Positions 1 through 11,349 of a stretch of DNA of 64,000 nt are shown in pieces. The notes beneath the pieces were generated by a model. It did not search any database. It was not told the origin of the DNA and saw nothing but the letters and a program-made list of their open reading frames with translations. Position numbers and translations under genes: made by a program. This DNA comes from Rhynchopus sp. YZ270_cl-10 (taxonomy: Eukaryota): NCBI GenBank assembly GCA_964035575.1, contig OZ037836.1, positions 496,001 through 560,000 on the forward strand. The letters run 5' to 3'. How positions within the stretch are numbered: position 1 is the stretch's first letter; each line of letters starts with the position of its first letter.

Positions 1-704
1 TTGAAAACTGAATGTTTACAAAAACAGAGCCAAATAGAAAAGGTAAGAAAATGAAAGTCCTGAAGTACAGAAAGTGGTGTGTGAGAAGGGAGGAGCACAA
101 GTGAGGGTGAAAACAGTTAGAGCGACCGTAGCATTTCCCCTGTCAACTGCGTTTGACCTATAATAAAAAAACACCACTATTCTGCCTCAGTACAGGTCCC
201 AACCTGCTTGTTCGTTTTCTTTTCCGACGGTCACTCAATTTTTCGACTCGCTGCGCTCGCGGACAAACCATCAACCCCCCACGATTTCCTAAAAACCCGA
301 AAGTTAGCGTCAGGCCTGCGCGGGAAAATCTCAAAAACAGGAGAGGAAAATAAAACGAAAAAAAATCTCGGATTTTCAGCGAAAATAAGGATCCACCCTG
401 CACCGGGAAGAGGAGAAAGGTATCGCTGCCGCCTCGTCGCAAAATCGTTAGTACGTTCGCACTGCTCACACTTGTACTGAACCCGTAAATGCCAGACGTC
501 GCCCGTGTTCCACGTCACGTCGATAAAATCCTTCGCCGATGTGTACGCACTGCCGATGCTGGACACCGTAGTGTTCTGCTGCATGAGGTATGATGCCGCA
601 TGATGGCAAGGAACAACGCTGCAAGCACAATAACATCCACATTTAACATTCCAGTTCGGTATGACCAAGAGCTCCGAACTGCGCCGCAGGCCCCCAATTG
701 CATA

Positions 705-960
705 GGGGGGTCTGGGGGGTTTGGGGGGTTCGGGGGGCGAAGCCCCCCGGCGCTTTTTTTTTGGACTTTCGGGCCAGAAAAACCGAAAATTTGGGTTGAA
801 ATGGGCATTTTCCTAAGTAAAAACCACGAAATTTCGGGTGCGCGAAACCACGTTTTAGACCCCCACAGATGCTCAAAAGTGTCAAATTCTGGTTTTAACG
901 GCCTCAAATCGTCGAAATTAGCCCTATATAGGCGGAAAAAAATTTGCGAGAGTCCCTTTC
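705..960. repeat. Dispersed repeat fragment with a GGGGGGCGAAGCCCCCC hairpin and a module shared with ~25518-25627
   Basis: TTAGACCCCCACAGATGCT...AAATTAGCCCTATATAGG...GAGAGTCCCTTTC is present at ~856-960 and inside the TA-flanked element. Confidence 0.6.
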
Positions 961-1394
961 TATAAGTCAAAATAGCTGGAAAGTGGGGCGGGAGGGTCCG
1001 TAGTCCGAGGGTCCCTAAAACATTCGAAAACATTTTTTTCCCGGCTATTTCTCAGTTTTTGCTGGGGAAAAACATTTTTTTCCCCTTTGTATCTCAGTTT
1101 TGGCAAAGGTAAAAAACACTTTTTGAACTTTTTTGCGATTTTTTAACATGTTTTAGGGAGCCCCCAGAAGAAGAAAAAAATTACAAGATGAATGTGCCTC
1201 TCTTTAGAGATGTGCACACCTCTCTTCTATTGCTGTCCCCACTGTGAAAAGTGTATCTGGGACACAGAAAAAAATAGAAAATGAAAAAACAAAAGCAGAA
1301 CAAAGAAAAGAAAAATTTGCAAAAAAAAAAAAAAAAAAAAAAAATGTGACTGACATTGTGTCATATCTCTTTACTGTCCCCACTGTGGAAATAC

Positions 1395-4322
1395 TTAGTG
1401 ATACTCTGGTGCGGGTGGGGAGTAGTCGCATTTCGCTACAATGTCCTTAAGGTAGCTAATTTCGTGCCGTTCGAAGATGGGGCCTTCTGCGACACCTGAT
1501 ATTGCCGCTGTTGCTGCCTCCCACTTCTCGGCGATGATGTGCTCCCAGATCGCGTTCCAGACGACAAACTTGCTTGAGGCATCAAGGTTCGCAAGCTCGT
1601 ACATCCATTCCGAGTCGTCTGTGGTCGCACGTTTGCGTGCCTCGTAGATCCGGATGAGCCCCTTACGCAGACGCTTTGGGAACTTCACCGCACCCACTGT
1701 CTTGAACTCAAAGTACCGCTCGCACGTCTCCGAGGCAAACATATCCACAACCCCATGGAAGTCAAGCCTCCGGTTCACCCTCTCCAGTGCATAGCTCCAC
1801 CCCACAGCCGGCGACGTGATGGTGATCTTCTTCATCCCAAGGCACCCGAGCGCCTCCACGCGACCTGTCCCCGCAGTGCAGCCAAAGGAGAGCACCAACG
1901 GCGAGCAGTGTGCTGGCATTGCGATTAGTGAAATGCCGGCGCGCGACTTGAGCGCACAGTTGATGGCCTGGGCACGGTGCTGCGTGTTGACGGTGAAGGC
2001 GTTGAACGTGGCCATGACCTTGTCGCCGGAGAAGAGGTCCTGGACACCACAGTGCATCTTCATGGTTGAGACGAGACACTGCATCACCTCCTTGTTGATC
2101 TCCTCGTACGACACGTCTGGGGTCTCAAGCGCAATCGCGTGCCAGCCCACCACGTTGAACCATACAATGGACATGCGCTTCTTCTTCCCCGACACACCGG
2201 AGGAGGCATGCACTGATGACCCTGAAGACCTCATGTTCGACGACGATGTTCTGCGCGTGTCGCCCATCTGCAGCTGGAAGGACGTCTTGTGGTTGATGGG
2301 AAAGGAGCCACTCCCGTTGATGGGGCTGCTGCCGCTAGCGTTGATGCCACTGCTGCGGTTCTCCTTGCCTGACCCAGAGATGTCCGACACCATGACGGCC
2401 TGGGGGATGTACTGGCGGAACTCTGCAAGGTTGTCCTTCATCTTCCCAAAGGAAATCTGCATCTGGTAGATGTCCCTGATGGGCGTGCGGTGGTTGTAGT
2501 TGTCCACCTCCTCGAGAAGCATGTGCGACACGAGTGTCATGTCCTTGCACAGCTTCTGAATCGGCTCAACCAGCTTCTGCACAATGAAACACACAAACCC
2601 TGCCAGCCCTGCGACCACAGCGCAGGTAACAGCAATCGCAATGATGATGCCGCCGGTGCGCTTCTTGTTCGCCTCGTCCCGCGACTCCTTCTGGTGGCGC
2701 TTCAGCTCAGCATTGCTCACATCAACGTCGTGCATAACAGACAGACGCGGGATCAGCACGTTCACGTACCAGTGGATCTCCTCACCCTGCTCGTAGAGCG
2801 TCGTGATGCACCAGTACGTGGTCGCCTCGCTCTCCGTCTTCAGAGTCCACTCGTAGAAGTGGTGTGTCGTCAGCCCCACCAGCCTGTCGTAGCCACCCTC
2901 GTGTGTCAGCGTGTACCGTGTGTGGTGGGCCACCTCACTCAGCTCCTCGCCTTCTTGCGTCTGCTTGAGGTGATCTGTCGCACGCACCATGTGCTTGACT
3001 TCCTTCTGTGTGTCCGTGCCGTTCACCGTGATGGTCGTGTTGACTTCCTCCAGGTCGCCTTCCATGTTCGACCCGATCAGGATGGGCACGTGGTTCGTCA
3101 GCTCCGAGTAGTCGATGACGTACAACACAGCACCCTCGGGGAGGTGGTGTGAATGCAGGTTGCGCCCAAGCATGCCTCCATCCATTGTGCAAGACAGGAC
3201 ACCGACACGGTTCTCCTGAGATTCGTACTTGTTGAACATGAGCGGGTGCGTCACTGCCATGTAGGCATCAATCTTCACTTCAGAGTGGTGCATGAACATG
3301 GGTGAGAAGTGCACATCACCCGCATGCTTGAGTTCGCTGTGGATGTGTTCCTCGGTGCTCGCTGTCTCATCGTGTTCGTTGAACATATTGTACAGCGCCA
3401 GCTTGGACGAGCGGATGCGCTCTGCATTGAGCACCCTGGTCTTGTCGTGGACACACTCCCCGACCTTGTCTGCCGAGACGTTGTAGCGCTCTTCTTGGAA
3501 CAAGTAGGGGCTGAAGTCGAGCAGATCCTGTTCCGACAGGCCTTGCCCTCTATCGCCACCTGCGTTCTGGAATGCGGGCCAGAAACAGGGGTGACCTTTG
3601 TCGACCATGTGGCCACGCACGTCGGCACGCCCGATGTGGAGGTGGATTTCTGCGTAGCCTGCAGTGTGCCCGCTGTAGTACGCCTGGCTGTAGTCATGCG
3701 AGGCTGTGAACACAGACTCATCATGCGGGTCACGCGACTCCCCCACGAAGTACACTGCACCACCGCTCTCTGGCAGCTCTCCCACCTGCTCGTCTATTGC
3801 ATACAACATGACCAACCCACCTCTGTGCGACGTTGTGTTCGGAAACGACGGGCTGTAAGGCAAAGCTTCGTACATCAGCTCACGCATCCCATGCTTTGCG
3901 AGCGACCGCAATACGGTCATCAGCTCTGGGCGGATCGTTTCGTCAATAAAATACGAGTCGGTAAGTTGGTCCGGATGGAACTGCTGCATAAACTCGCCAA
4001 GCTCGATCAGGGTCAGATTCGGCATGTCAAGCAGCCCATGAATGTCACGCTGTACGAGATCAGAGTAAGAGAGAAACAGCTCAGCTGTCACTTTCTCCAC
4101 CTCAAACTGCGAGACAGTGAAGGCGCGTTCCAGCTCCACATCCGCTGCATCGTGTGCATCATCAATGAGCGGGACAAGAACCATCCACGACACAACCCCC
4201 ACAAGCGCCGCAGTGAGAACCAGCATCACCACACACATTGCAATCGCGACAGCACGCAACGTTGGCCGCGTGTCGTCCATCTTCTCATCGATCTTCTTTT
4301 TAAGGATCTCTGTGGAACCCAT
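1395..4322 (-). CDS. Receptor-type membrane protein: two TM helices flanking a large extracellular region, HAMP-like linker, degenerate class III nucleotide cyclase domain
   Basis: 975-aa ORF with an N-terminal hydrophobic helix (AVAIAMCVVMLVLTAALVGVVSWMVLV) and a second TM (GGIIIAIAVTCAVVAGLAGFVCFIV). This is followed by HAMP-like EPIQKLCKDM..DIYQMQISFGKM and cyclase-like motifs MSIVWFNVVGW, FSGDKVMATF and SFGCTAG. Confidence 0.75.
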   Translation of the reverse strand: MGSTEILKKKIDEKMDDTRPTLRAVAIAMCVVMLVLTAALVGVVSWMVLVPLIDDAHDAADVELERAFTVSQFEVEKVTAELFLSYSDLVQRDIHGLLDMPNLTLIELGEFMQQFHPDQLTDSYFIDETIRPELMTVLRSLAKHGMRELMYEALPYSPSFPNTTSHRGGLVMLYAIDEQVGELPESGGAVYFVGESRDPHDESVFTASHDYSQAYYSGHTAGYAEIHLHIGRADVRGHMVDKGHPCFWPAFQNAGGDRGQGLSEQDLLDFSPYLFQEERYNVSADKVGECVHDKTRVLNAERIRSSKLALYNMFNEHDETASTEEHIHSELKHAGDVHFSPMFMHHSEVKIDAYMAVTHPLMFNKYESQENRVGVLSCTMDGGMLGRNLHSHHLPEGAVLYVIDYSELTNHVPILIGSNMEGDLEEVNTTITVNGTDTQKEVKHMVRATDHLKQTQEGEELSEVAHHTRYTLTHEGGYDRLVGLTTHHFYEWTLKTESEATTYWCITTLYEQGEEIHWYVNVLIPRLSVMHDVDVSNAELKRHQKESRDEANKKRTGGIIIAIAVTCAVVAGLAGFVCFIVQKLVEPIQKLCKDMTLVSHMLLEEVDNYNHRTPIRDIYQMQISFGKMKDNLAEFRQYIPQAVMVSDISGSGKENRSSGINASGSSPINGSGSFPINHKTSFQLQMGDTRRTSSSNMRSSGSSVHASSGVSGKKKRMSIVWFNVVGWHAIALETPDVSYEEINKEVMQCLVSTMKMHCGVQDLFSGDKVMATFNAFTVNTQHRAQAINCALKSRAGISLIAMPAHCSPLVLSFGCTAGTGRVEALGCLGMKKITITSPAVGWSYALERVNRRLDFHGVVDMFASETCERYFEFKTVGAVKFPKRLRKGLIRIYEARKRATTDDSEWMYELANLDASSKFVVWNAIWEHIIAEKWEAATAAISGVAEGPIFERHEISYLKDIVAKCDYSPPAPEYH

Positions 4323-4802
4323 CTCTCAAAACAAAAATATAAAAAAAAAAGAAAAATAAAAATTAAGATGAACCTAAGCCTCTGCCTAGTCACCTGGGGT
4401 TGAGCCAAATATAAAAGGGTAGAGTTGCAAGAGACCACAACAATGCGAGGTGTTGTGGGGGATATATGTTGTGTAAAGGCGAACTAAGCCCTGTATGATG
4501 GATGGGTTGGGGTGGGTGTAAGATGTGATGGTCCTGCAGTGCTGTGCAGGGAATGATTGAGTTCGAATGGCGAATCAAAGCACAAAAAACAGCGAACCCT
4601 AAGAGAGGTCTATAATATTGTATGAAGAGTCAGTCCATCGCCTCTCACTTAGTCCTTCCCATGATACAGCATGCGAGCACTATCGCCTTAAGGTTGGATG
4701 GGTAGGGGGGGGTACAAGATGTGATGGTACTGCAGTTACGCCGCAAGGGGATGCACGACGGAGAGGCAGGCGCCGTCCGCGCAGCCAGGGATCAAGGGGT
4801 TA

Positions 4803-5273
4803 TTGGAACGTTGGGGTATGAGATGGGAGGAATGCGGGGGCAAAGGGGACTGCCTCTTCCGATCAGTGGCGTGGTCTGCGGAGTCGTCTCCGAACGGGCA
4901 TGCAGGGTTCCGCAAGTTGGCGGTGGGGGTGATGAGGAAGCATGCGACGTATTGCAGCCCATTCATCGAAGGTGGGGTAGAGGGGCACCTGGCAGGCATG
5001 GCCCAGCTGGGGACGTGGGGAGACCATCTGTGTCTCCACGCGAGGGCGATGCGGATCCGTGTTGTGGTGATGGACGTCGGGCCGGGGAATGTGCTGAGGG
5101 CGACAGTGATTGACGGGACAACTGACGGGACCTTGAAGGAAGGTTCAGCAGAGAACGCAAGCCTGGCGTTCGTGGAGTCGGACATCGTTTTGGAGTATGA
5201 GGGAGTGCACTACGGTGCAGTGACGTCGGCAGGGCTGCTGGCGGGCGAGGAGATCAGTGTGCGCACTGCATAA
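4803..5273 (+). CDS. OTU-family cysteine protease (deubiquitinase-like) domain; possibly a fragment or mobile-element-derived
   Basis: Motifs GGKGDCLFRSVA (OTU catalytic Cys loop), GTWGD and C-terminal VHYGAV (catalytic His). The frame is open from ~4725 and the first ATG is at 4818. It lies on the opposite strand to the neighbouring genes. Confidence 0.6.
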   Translation: MERWGMRWEECGGKGDCLFRSVAWSAESSPNGHAGFRKLAVGVMRKHATYCSPFIEGGVEGHLAGMAQLGTWGDHLCLHARAMRIRVVVMDVGPGNVLRATVIDGTTDGTLKEGSAENASLAFVESDIVLEYEGVHYGAVTSAGLLAGEEISVRTA

Positions 5274-6057
5274 TCTAGAAATACGCTCTGGGCAACTCAC
5301 GTAACTGACGTGCTCTTGTGTTGTGTTGTGGGGTTGTCGAGAGTTGGGGCAAACAACGTGCGAAAGGAACTCTTACTCGTGACACTGACTGAGCTGGAAA
5401 CTACATCATCGTTTCTTGACAGTTGTAGTTCACGAATGAATCGGGATTGGAGCATGTTTAAAATCCAAACAGCGTCGATATGGTGAGTGAAGAAGTAGGA
5501 AAAAAGGGAGGGTGAGCGAGGAGAGGGGAGAGTGAGGGGCAGCTGACTTCTGTCTTTTTGAGCCAAGTGCAACAGTGTTTCTGGCATGTCGCCGGAAGCA
5601 ACAGTGTTGCATCAAAACAAAAAAGAACAAAACAAAACACAAAGATGGCAAGCCTCCCAAACCGCTTGAAACCAAAACTGAAAAAGGGAAAAAAGGAAAA
5701 AGGTAAGGGGCGGGTAAAAACAGACACGCACAGCACCTGAACATATGATAAAAACAAGTAAGTGATAACAGTGATTATCTTTCTTTTGTTTTCTTTTTAT
5801 GAAAACTTAGTTGTCTCATTGTAGACACCCGAGGATGTGCTCCACTGGACAAAACGCTTTTCCGTAACTGTTGATTATCTTCTTTTTCTTGTTTCTGTTT
5901 CTTTCCGATCGTTTTCGTAATATCTACACGTTGATTTTTGAATTGCAATAAAATCAAAAGTAAAAACCAAACCACCAACAACCACAATAACCAGATAAAG
6001 AAGAAAAAGAAAATAGAAAACAAAACAAAACAAAACAAAACAAAACACACTACGGTT

Positions 6058-7363
6058 CTATGCAGCCTGGTCGTACATCTTCCTCATGACCGGGTGGCAG
6101 GTCCTCTCCAGCTTCCTCTGGGAGGACTGGAACTCCTCCTTGGTGGCCTCAGTGCCGCAGAGCTCGAGGGCACCGTTGCAGGCGTCCATGACCTTCTTCT
6201 TGTCGTCGTCGCCGACAAGCCCGCCGGTTCTGTCGTCCATGAGGGTGGTGACCATCTGGTAGGCGTAGGTCTCGAGCTCGTGTCTGGCGTCGACACGCTC
6301 GCGTGCCTGCTTGTCGGCCTCAGCGAACTTCTCTGCGTCGTTGCACATGTCGTCAATCTCCTTCTGGGACAGACGGCCCTTGTCGTTGGTGATGGTGACC
6401 TGCGACTTCTTCCCGGTCGACTTGTCCTCGGCAGACACGTCCATGATGCCGTTCGCGTCGACGTCAAAGGTCACCTCAATCTGGGGCACGCCACGCGGGG
6501 CCGGCGGGATCCCGGTCAGGTCGAAGGTGCCGAGCTGGTGGCAGTCCTTCGTCATCGCCCGCTCCCCCTCGAACACACAGATGTTCACCACAGGCTGGTT
6601 GTCCGCACACGTCGAGAACTCCTGGCTCTTCTTCGTCGGGATCGTCGTGTTCCTCTTGATCAGCGGTGTCATCACACCCCCGTCCGTCTCAATCCCCACA
6701 GTCAGCGGCGTCACGTCCAGCAGCAGGATCTGCTCCGTCTGCGTGCTCTTTCCCCCCGTCAGCACAAAGGCCTGCACCGCAGCACCAAAGGCAACAGCCT
6801 CGTCGGGGTTGATCGACTTGTTCAGGTCCTTTCCGCCGAAGAAGTCCGACACCATCGCCTGGATCTTCGGGATACGGGTCGATCCTCCGACCAGCACAAC
6901 CTCCGTGATGGCCCGCTTCTCAATCTTCGAGTCGTTCAGCACAGACTCCACAGGGCGCAGGCACGACTTGAACAGGTCCGCGCACAGCTCCTCGAACTTC
7001 GCACGTGTGATCGACGAGTAGAAGTCCGTCCCCTCAAACAGCGAGTCGATCTCAATGCTGGTCTGTGCCGCCGACGACAGCGCACGCTTGGCACGCTCAC
7101 AGGCAGTGCGCAGACGGCGCAGCGCACGCTGGTTCGTCGTCAGGTCCTTCTTGTGCTTCTTCTTGAACTCCTCCACGAAGTGGTTCACCATCCGGTTGTC
7201 GAAGTCCTCGCCTCCCAAGTGGGTGTCTCCCGCAGTCGCCTTCACCTCGAAGATCCCCCCGTCAATCGCCAGAAGCGTCACATCGAAGGTACCGCCACCC
7301 AGGTCGAAGATCAGGATGTTCTTCTGCCCCGCGCTCGCGTTGTCGAGTCCGTAGGCAATCGCC

Positions 7364-7395
<32 letters not shown>

Positions 7396-7902
7396 GTCCA
7401 TCCCCGAGATCGCCCCTGCGTCCTTCGTCGCCTGACGCTGCGAGTCGTTGAAGTACGCAGGCACAGTCACAACGCTCTTCTTCACCTCCTTCCCAAGGAA
7501 CTGCTCCGCCGTCTCCTTCATCTTCACAAGGATCATCGCAGAGATCTCCTCAGGCCTGAACGTCTTCGTCGTCCCCATGAACGACACCTCAATCAGCGGC
7601 TTCCCGTCCTCCTTCGCCACAACCTTGAACGGCCAGTGCTTCATGTCGCTCTGCACAGACGAGTCCTCCAGCTTGCGCCCGATCAGACGCTTCGCGTCGA
7701 ACACCGTGTTCGTCGGGTTCATCGCCACCTGGTTCTTCGCCGCATCTCCGATCAGACGCTCGCTGTCTGCGAACGCCACGTACGACGGCGTCGTCCGGTT
7801 CCCCTGGTTGTTCGCAATGATCTCCACACGCTCGTTCTGCCACACTCCCACACACGAGTAGGTCGTTCCCAAGTCAATACCGATGGCTCCGTCGTAGGAC
7901 AT
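6058..7902 (-). CDS. HSP70: Cytosolic-type Hsp70 (614 aa), lacking the C-terminal GGMP/EEVD tail
   Basis: Starts [22 protein letters not shown] and contains [23 protein letters not shown] and [21 protein letters not shown] resembles kinetoplastid Hsp70. Ends MYDQAA-stop. Confidence 0.97.
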
Positions 7903-8468
7903 TGTAGTGTTGTTTTGTGGTCTTTGGTTTTTGATAGAAAAAATAAGGTAAAAAGTGATGAGCTGTTTGTTGTGTGTGTTGTGTGTTGTGTGTGGGTGTT
8001 GGGGTGGGTAAGTGGTTGTGGGTATTGGGTGGTCGGAGGGTGGACACTTGGTTGGTGGACGGGAGAGTGTCAATGAATGAAACAGTGGATGGTGTTGTGG
8101 GACGTGTCTTTGGTGTTGTGCGTTGTGGGGGGAGATCTGCACAGATCGAGAATACGTGAAGAACACACTGGCAGAAGGAGACAAGAAGAAGGCAGACATG
8201 TTGCCACTGAGACGATAGAGGTGCAAGACAAAGGGGACACCTCTGTGTGCAGAACTGTATGCTGCAAGGCTGTGATGGGACGGGAGGGATGTCTCTCTCT
8301 GTGGGGGTAGACAAGTGTCAAAAGGGAAGTGACAAAGTACTCAAACTCGCAAAATATCTATTTTCATTCAGCCTTTCTGTTCATTTTTGGGGGAAGTACA
8401 GCGCAAAGTCAAATGGTTGTTGTTTATAAAGTAACGAGCAGCTAGCCTCTCAAAAGATGCACAGTGCC

Positions 8469-9398
8469 TCACATGCACACACATTTGCGCTTGGTATCGC
8501 CCATCATGAGGTTACGGCTGTTCACATGTTCTGACACAACACTGCTCGATCCGGTGACGTTGATGCTGCTTGTAGGTATTTTGCATCCTTCCAGGAATCC
8601 TTTCTCAATGTGCTGCACACTCTTCCACCCAGACAAGTTAAGTGTCTGTAATGCGCTGCAGTTGTAGAGGACGTAATCCCCAACCCGCGCCACATTTCCC
8701 CACCCCGATAAGTCAAGTGTTCTCAATGCACTGCAGCAGGAGAGGAAGTAGTCCTCAACCTGCATTAAGTTGTGCCACCCAGACAAGTCAAGGGTTCGCA
8801 ATGCGATGCAGTTGTAGAGGAAGCAGTCTCCAACCCGCGTCACATTGCTCCACCCAGAAAGGTCAAGTGTGGTCAATGAGGTGCAGTTGGCGAGGAAGCA
8901 ATTTTCGATATGCGTCACGTTGCTCCACCCAGATAAATCAGCAGTGTGTAATGAGCTGCAGTCGTAGAGGAAGTTCCCGCCTTCTGCAGTCACACCTGGC
9001 ACACCACTGAGATCAAGTTCTTCGAACGTGGCATGTGACAAGAAGTCACAGGGAGTCTCAGTAACAACCTCCGCCTGCAGAAATAAATGAATCAGCTTGG
9101 GATCTGTCAGACCGTCGAACCTCTCTTCCGTCAGCTCTCTCTCACCCAAGTCACGAAGAGCTGTAATGGCGTCGTCCTTCTGCGACTTCGTCTTCGTCAG
9201 CACAACTGTGTCCCCAGCACTGAGCTGCGTCATGGCGTCTCCTTCGGCCAGCAGCTTCCCTCCGAAGCTCATGTCAAAGCCTTCTTCGCACAACTCTGCT
9301 GCAGACGCCACCTTCCGCCGTATGTCCGCAGTTGTATCATCCACACCCACCTCGACTGTGTACTTCTCTCCGTCAAAGCTCTTCACACATATTTCCAT
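8469..9398 (-). CDS. Ubl-LRR-CaaX protein, copy 1 (309 aa)
   Basis: Ubiquitin-like N-terminus (MEICVKSFDGEKYTVEV), LDLSGWxNV 25-aa repeats, ends KRKCVCM. Confidence 0.88.
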   Translation of the reverse strand: MEICVKSFDGEKYTVEVGVDDTTADIRRKVASAAELCEEGFDMSFGGKLLAEGDAMTQLSAGDTVVLTKTKSQKDDAITALRDLGERELTEERFDGLTDPKLIHLFLQAEVVTETPCDFLSHATFEELDLSGVPGVTAEGGNFLYDCSSLHTADLSGWSNVTHIENCFLANCTSLTTLDLSGWSNVTRVGDCFLYNCIALRTLDLSGWHNLMQVEDYFLSCCSALRTLDLSGWGNVARVGDYVLYNCSALQTLNLSGWKSVQHIEKGFLEGCKIPTSSINVTGSSSVVSEHVNSRNLMMGDTKRKCVCM

Positions 9399-9987
9399 GG
9401 TTTTGTGTCTCTCTGTTTTGTGCAAGGTGTTTTGGGGTAAGAAGAAGAATCAAGCACAGGACACGTTCATCAGTCAAGTCGCTCGACACTCCTGCTAATG
9501 CCCTTGCAACGTGAAGTGTGTTGCGTACTGGCTGTGTGTGTGTGGTGTGCAAGAGACAACAAACAGTTACAAGGGGAGAGGTCTTTTGTTTTGTTTTTGA
9601 AAGCTTCGTTGGTGTATTAGTGTGGACACCCGAGGATATATACTGCACTCTGGGGCAAGAAGAAACACACTACTTGCAGAACGGGAGTGGAAGGAGACAA
9701 GAAGAAGGCAGACATGTTGCCACTGAGACGATAGAGGTGTAAGACAAAGGGGACACCTCTGTGTGCAGAACTGTATGCTGCAAGGCTGTGATGGGATGGG
9801 AGGGATGTCTCTCTCTGTGGGGGTGGACAAGTGGCTCAAAAGTACTAAAACATGTAAAACACCTGATATTATTCAGCTTTTCTGTTCAGATTCTCTTGGG
9901 GGGGTGGGGGAAGTATAACGCAAAATCAAAAAGTAGGTGTCGAAATAAAGTGACGAGCAGCTAGACTCTCAAAAGATGCACAGTGCC

Positions 9988-10845
9988 TCACATGCACACA
10001 CATTTGCGCTTGGTATCGCCCATCAGGAGGTTATGGCAATTCACATGTTCTGACACAACACTGCTCGATCCTGCGGCGTTGATGCTGCTTGTGGGTACTT
10101 TGCATCCATCTAGGAAGCGTTTCCCAATGTGCTGCACACTCTTCCACCCAGATAAGTTAAGTGTTTTCAATGCGCTGCAGTTGAAGAGGAAGCAGTCCCC
10201 AACCTGCGTCACATTGCTCCACCCAGATAAATCAAGTGTTGTTAGTGCGGTGCAAAAGTAAAGGAAGCAGCTCGCAACGTGCGTCACATTTCTCCACCCA
10301 GAAAAGTCAACCTTTCGCAATGCGGTGCAGCAGTAGAGAAAAGCATTGCCAATGTGCGTCACATTGCTCCACCCAGACAAGTCAAGTGTGGTCAACGAAC
10401 TGCAGTTGTAGAGAAACCCGTGGCCTATTTCAGTCACACCTGCCACACCACTGAGATCAAGTTTTTTTTCGAAGCTGCTACGTGCGAAGAAGCCTTCCGG
10501 GATCTCAGTAACAACCTCCGCCTGCAGAAACAAATGTATCAGCTTGGGATCTGTCAGACCATACAACCTCTCTGACGTCAGCTCTCTCTCACCCAAGACA
10601 CGAAGAGCTGCAATGGCGTCGTCCTTCTGCGACTTCGTCTTCGTCAGCACAACTGTGTCCCCAGCACTCAGATGCGTGATGTAGTCTCCTTCGGCCAGCA
10701 GCTTCCCTCCGAAGCTCATGTCAAAGCCGTCTTCGCACAACTCTGCTGCAGACGCCACCTTCCGCCGTATGTCCGCAGTTGTATCATCCACGCCCACCTC
10801 GACTGTGTACTTCTCTCCGTCAAAGCTCTTCACACATATTTCCAT
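9988..10845 (-). CDS. Ubl-LRR-CaaX protein, copy 2 (285 aa)
   Basis: Same architecture; shortest intact copy; ends KRKCVCM. Confidence 0.88.
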   Translation of the reverse strand: MEICVKSFDGEKYTVEVGVDDTTADIRRKVASAAELCEDGFDMSFGGKLLAEGDYITHLSAGDTVVLTKTKSQKDDAIAALRVLGERELTSERLYGLTDPKLIHLFLQAEVVTEIPEGFFARSSFEKKLDLSGVAGVTEIGHGFLYNCSSLTTLDLSGWSNVTHIGNAFLYCCTALRKVDFSGWRNVTHVASCFLYFCTALTTLDLSGWSNVTQVGDCFLFNCSALKTLNLSGWKSVQHIGKRFLDGCKVPTSSINAAGSSSVVSEHVNCHNLLMGDTKRKCVCM

Positions 10846-11349
10846 GGTTTTGTCTCTCTCTGTTTTGTGCAAGGTGTTCTGGGAGGAGAGAGATGGGTTC
10901 AAGTTTCCAACACCAGCGTGCCGTACCTATGCATGTACATGTAAATGAAATACCCCGCCTTCTTTAGTTGTGTTGTTTGTTGTTTGTTGATCGCATCCAA
11001 CGCGTGTCCTGAAGTACGGGGGAAGAGGTGGAGCACAAAAGGGGAGAAGGCAAGACTCATAACATATGAAGAGCGTCTTTCACTTCCCAATTGTTCCCAG
11101 ACATGTTACATACTCGTACAAAGAGATACACGTGATATTCCGATGACATCAGTAGCGGGTACCATGCCTAATTATTTGTGAAGGAAACTTTGTCCTCAAA
11201 CGGGGGAAACAAGCGGGGAAGGGGGTTACGCAGACGCGCGACTTTTCACGAGGGTCTCGAGCATGTTGTCAAATGCTACGTGTTTACTGAAAAAGGTCGT
11301 TGTTTAAGTAGAGTAACGAGCAGCTAGCCTCTCAAAAGATGCACATGCC

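Noticed and set aside
5938..8076. 712-aa plus-strand ORF
   Set aside because: Antisense shadow of Hsp70, a known consequence of its codon bias.
6058..8226. 108-aa N-terminal extension of Hsp70 and similar extensions on the LRR ORFs
   Set aside because: They derive from alternative-start ORF calling through low-complexity leader sequence. Homology starts at MSYDG and at MEICV.
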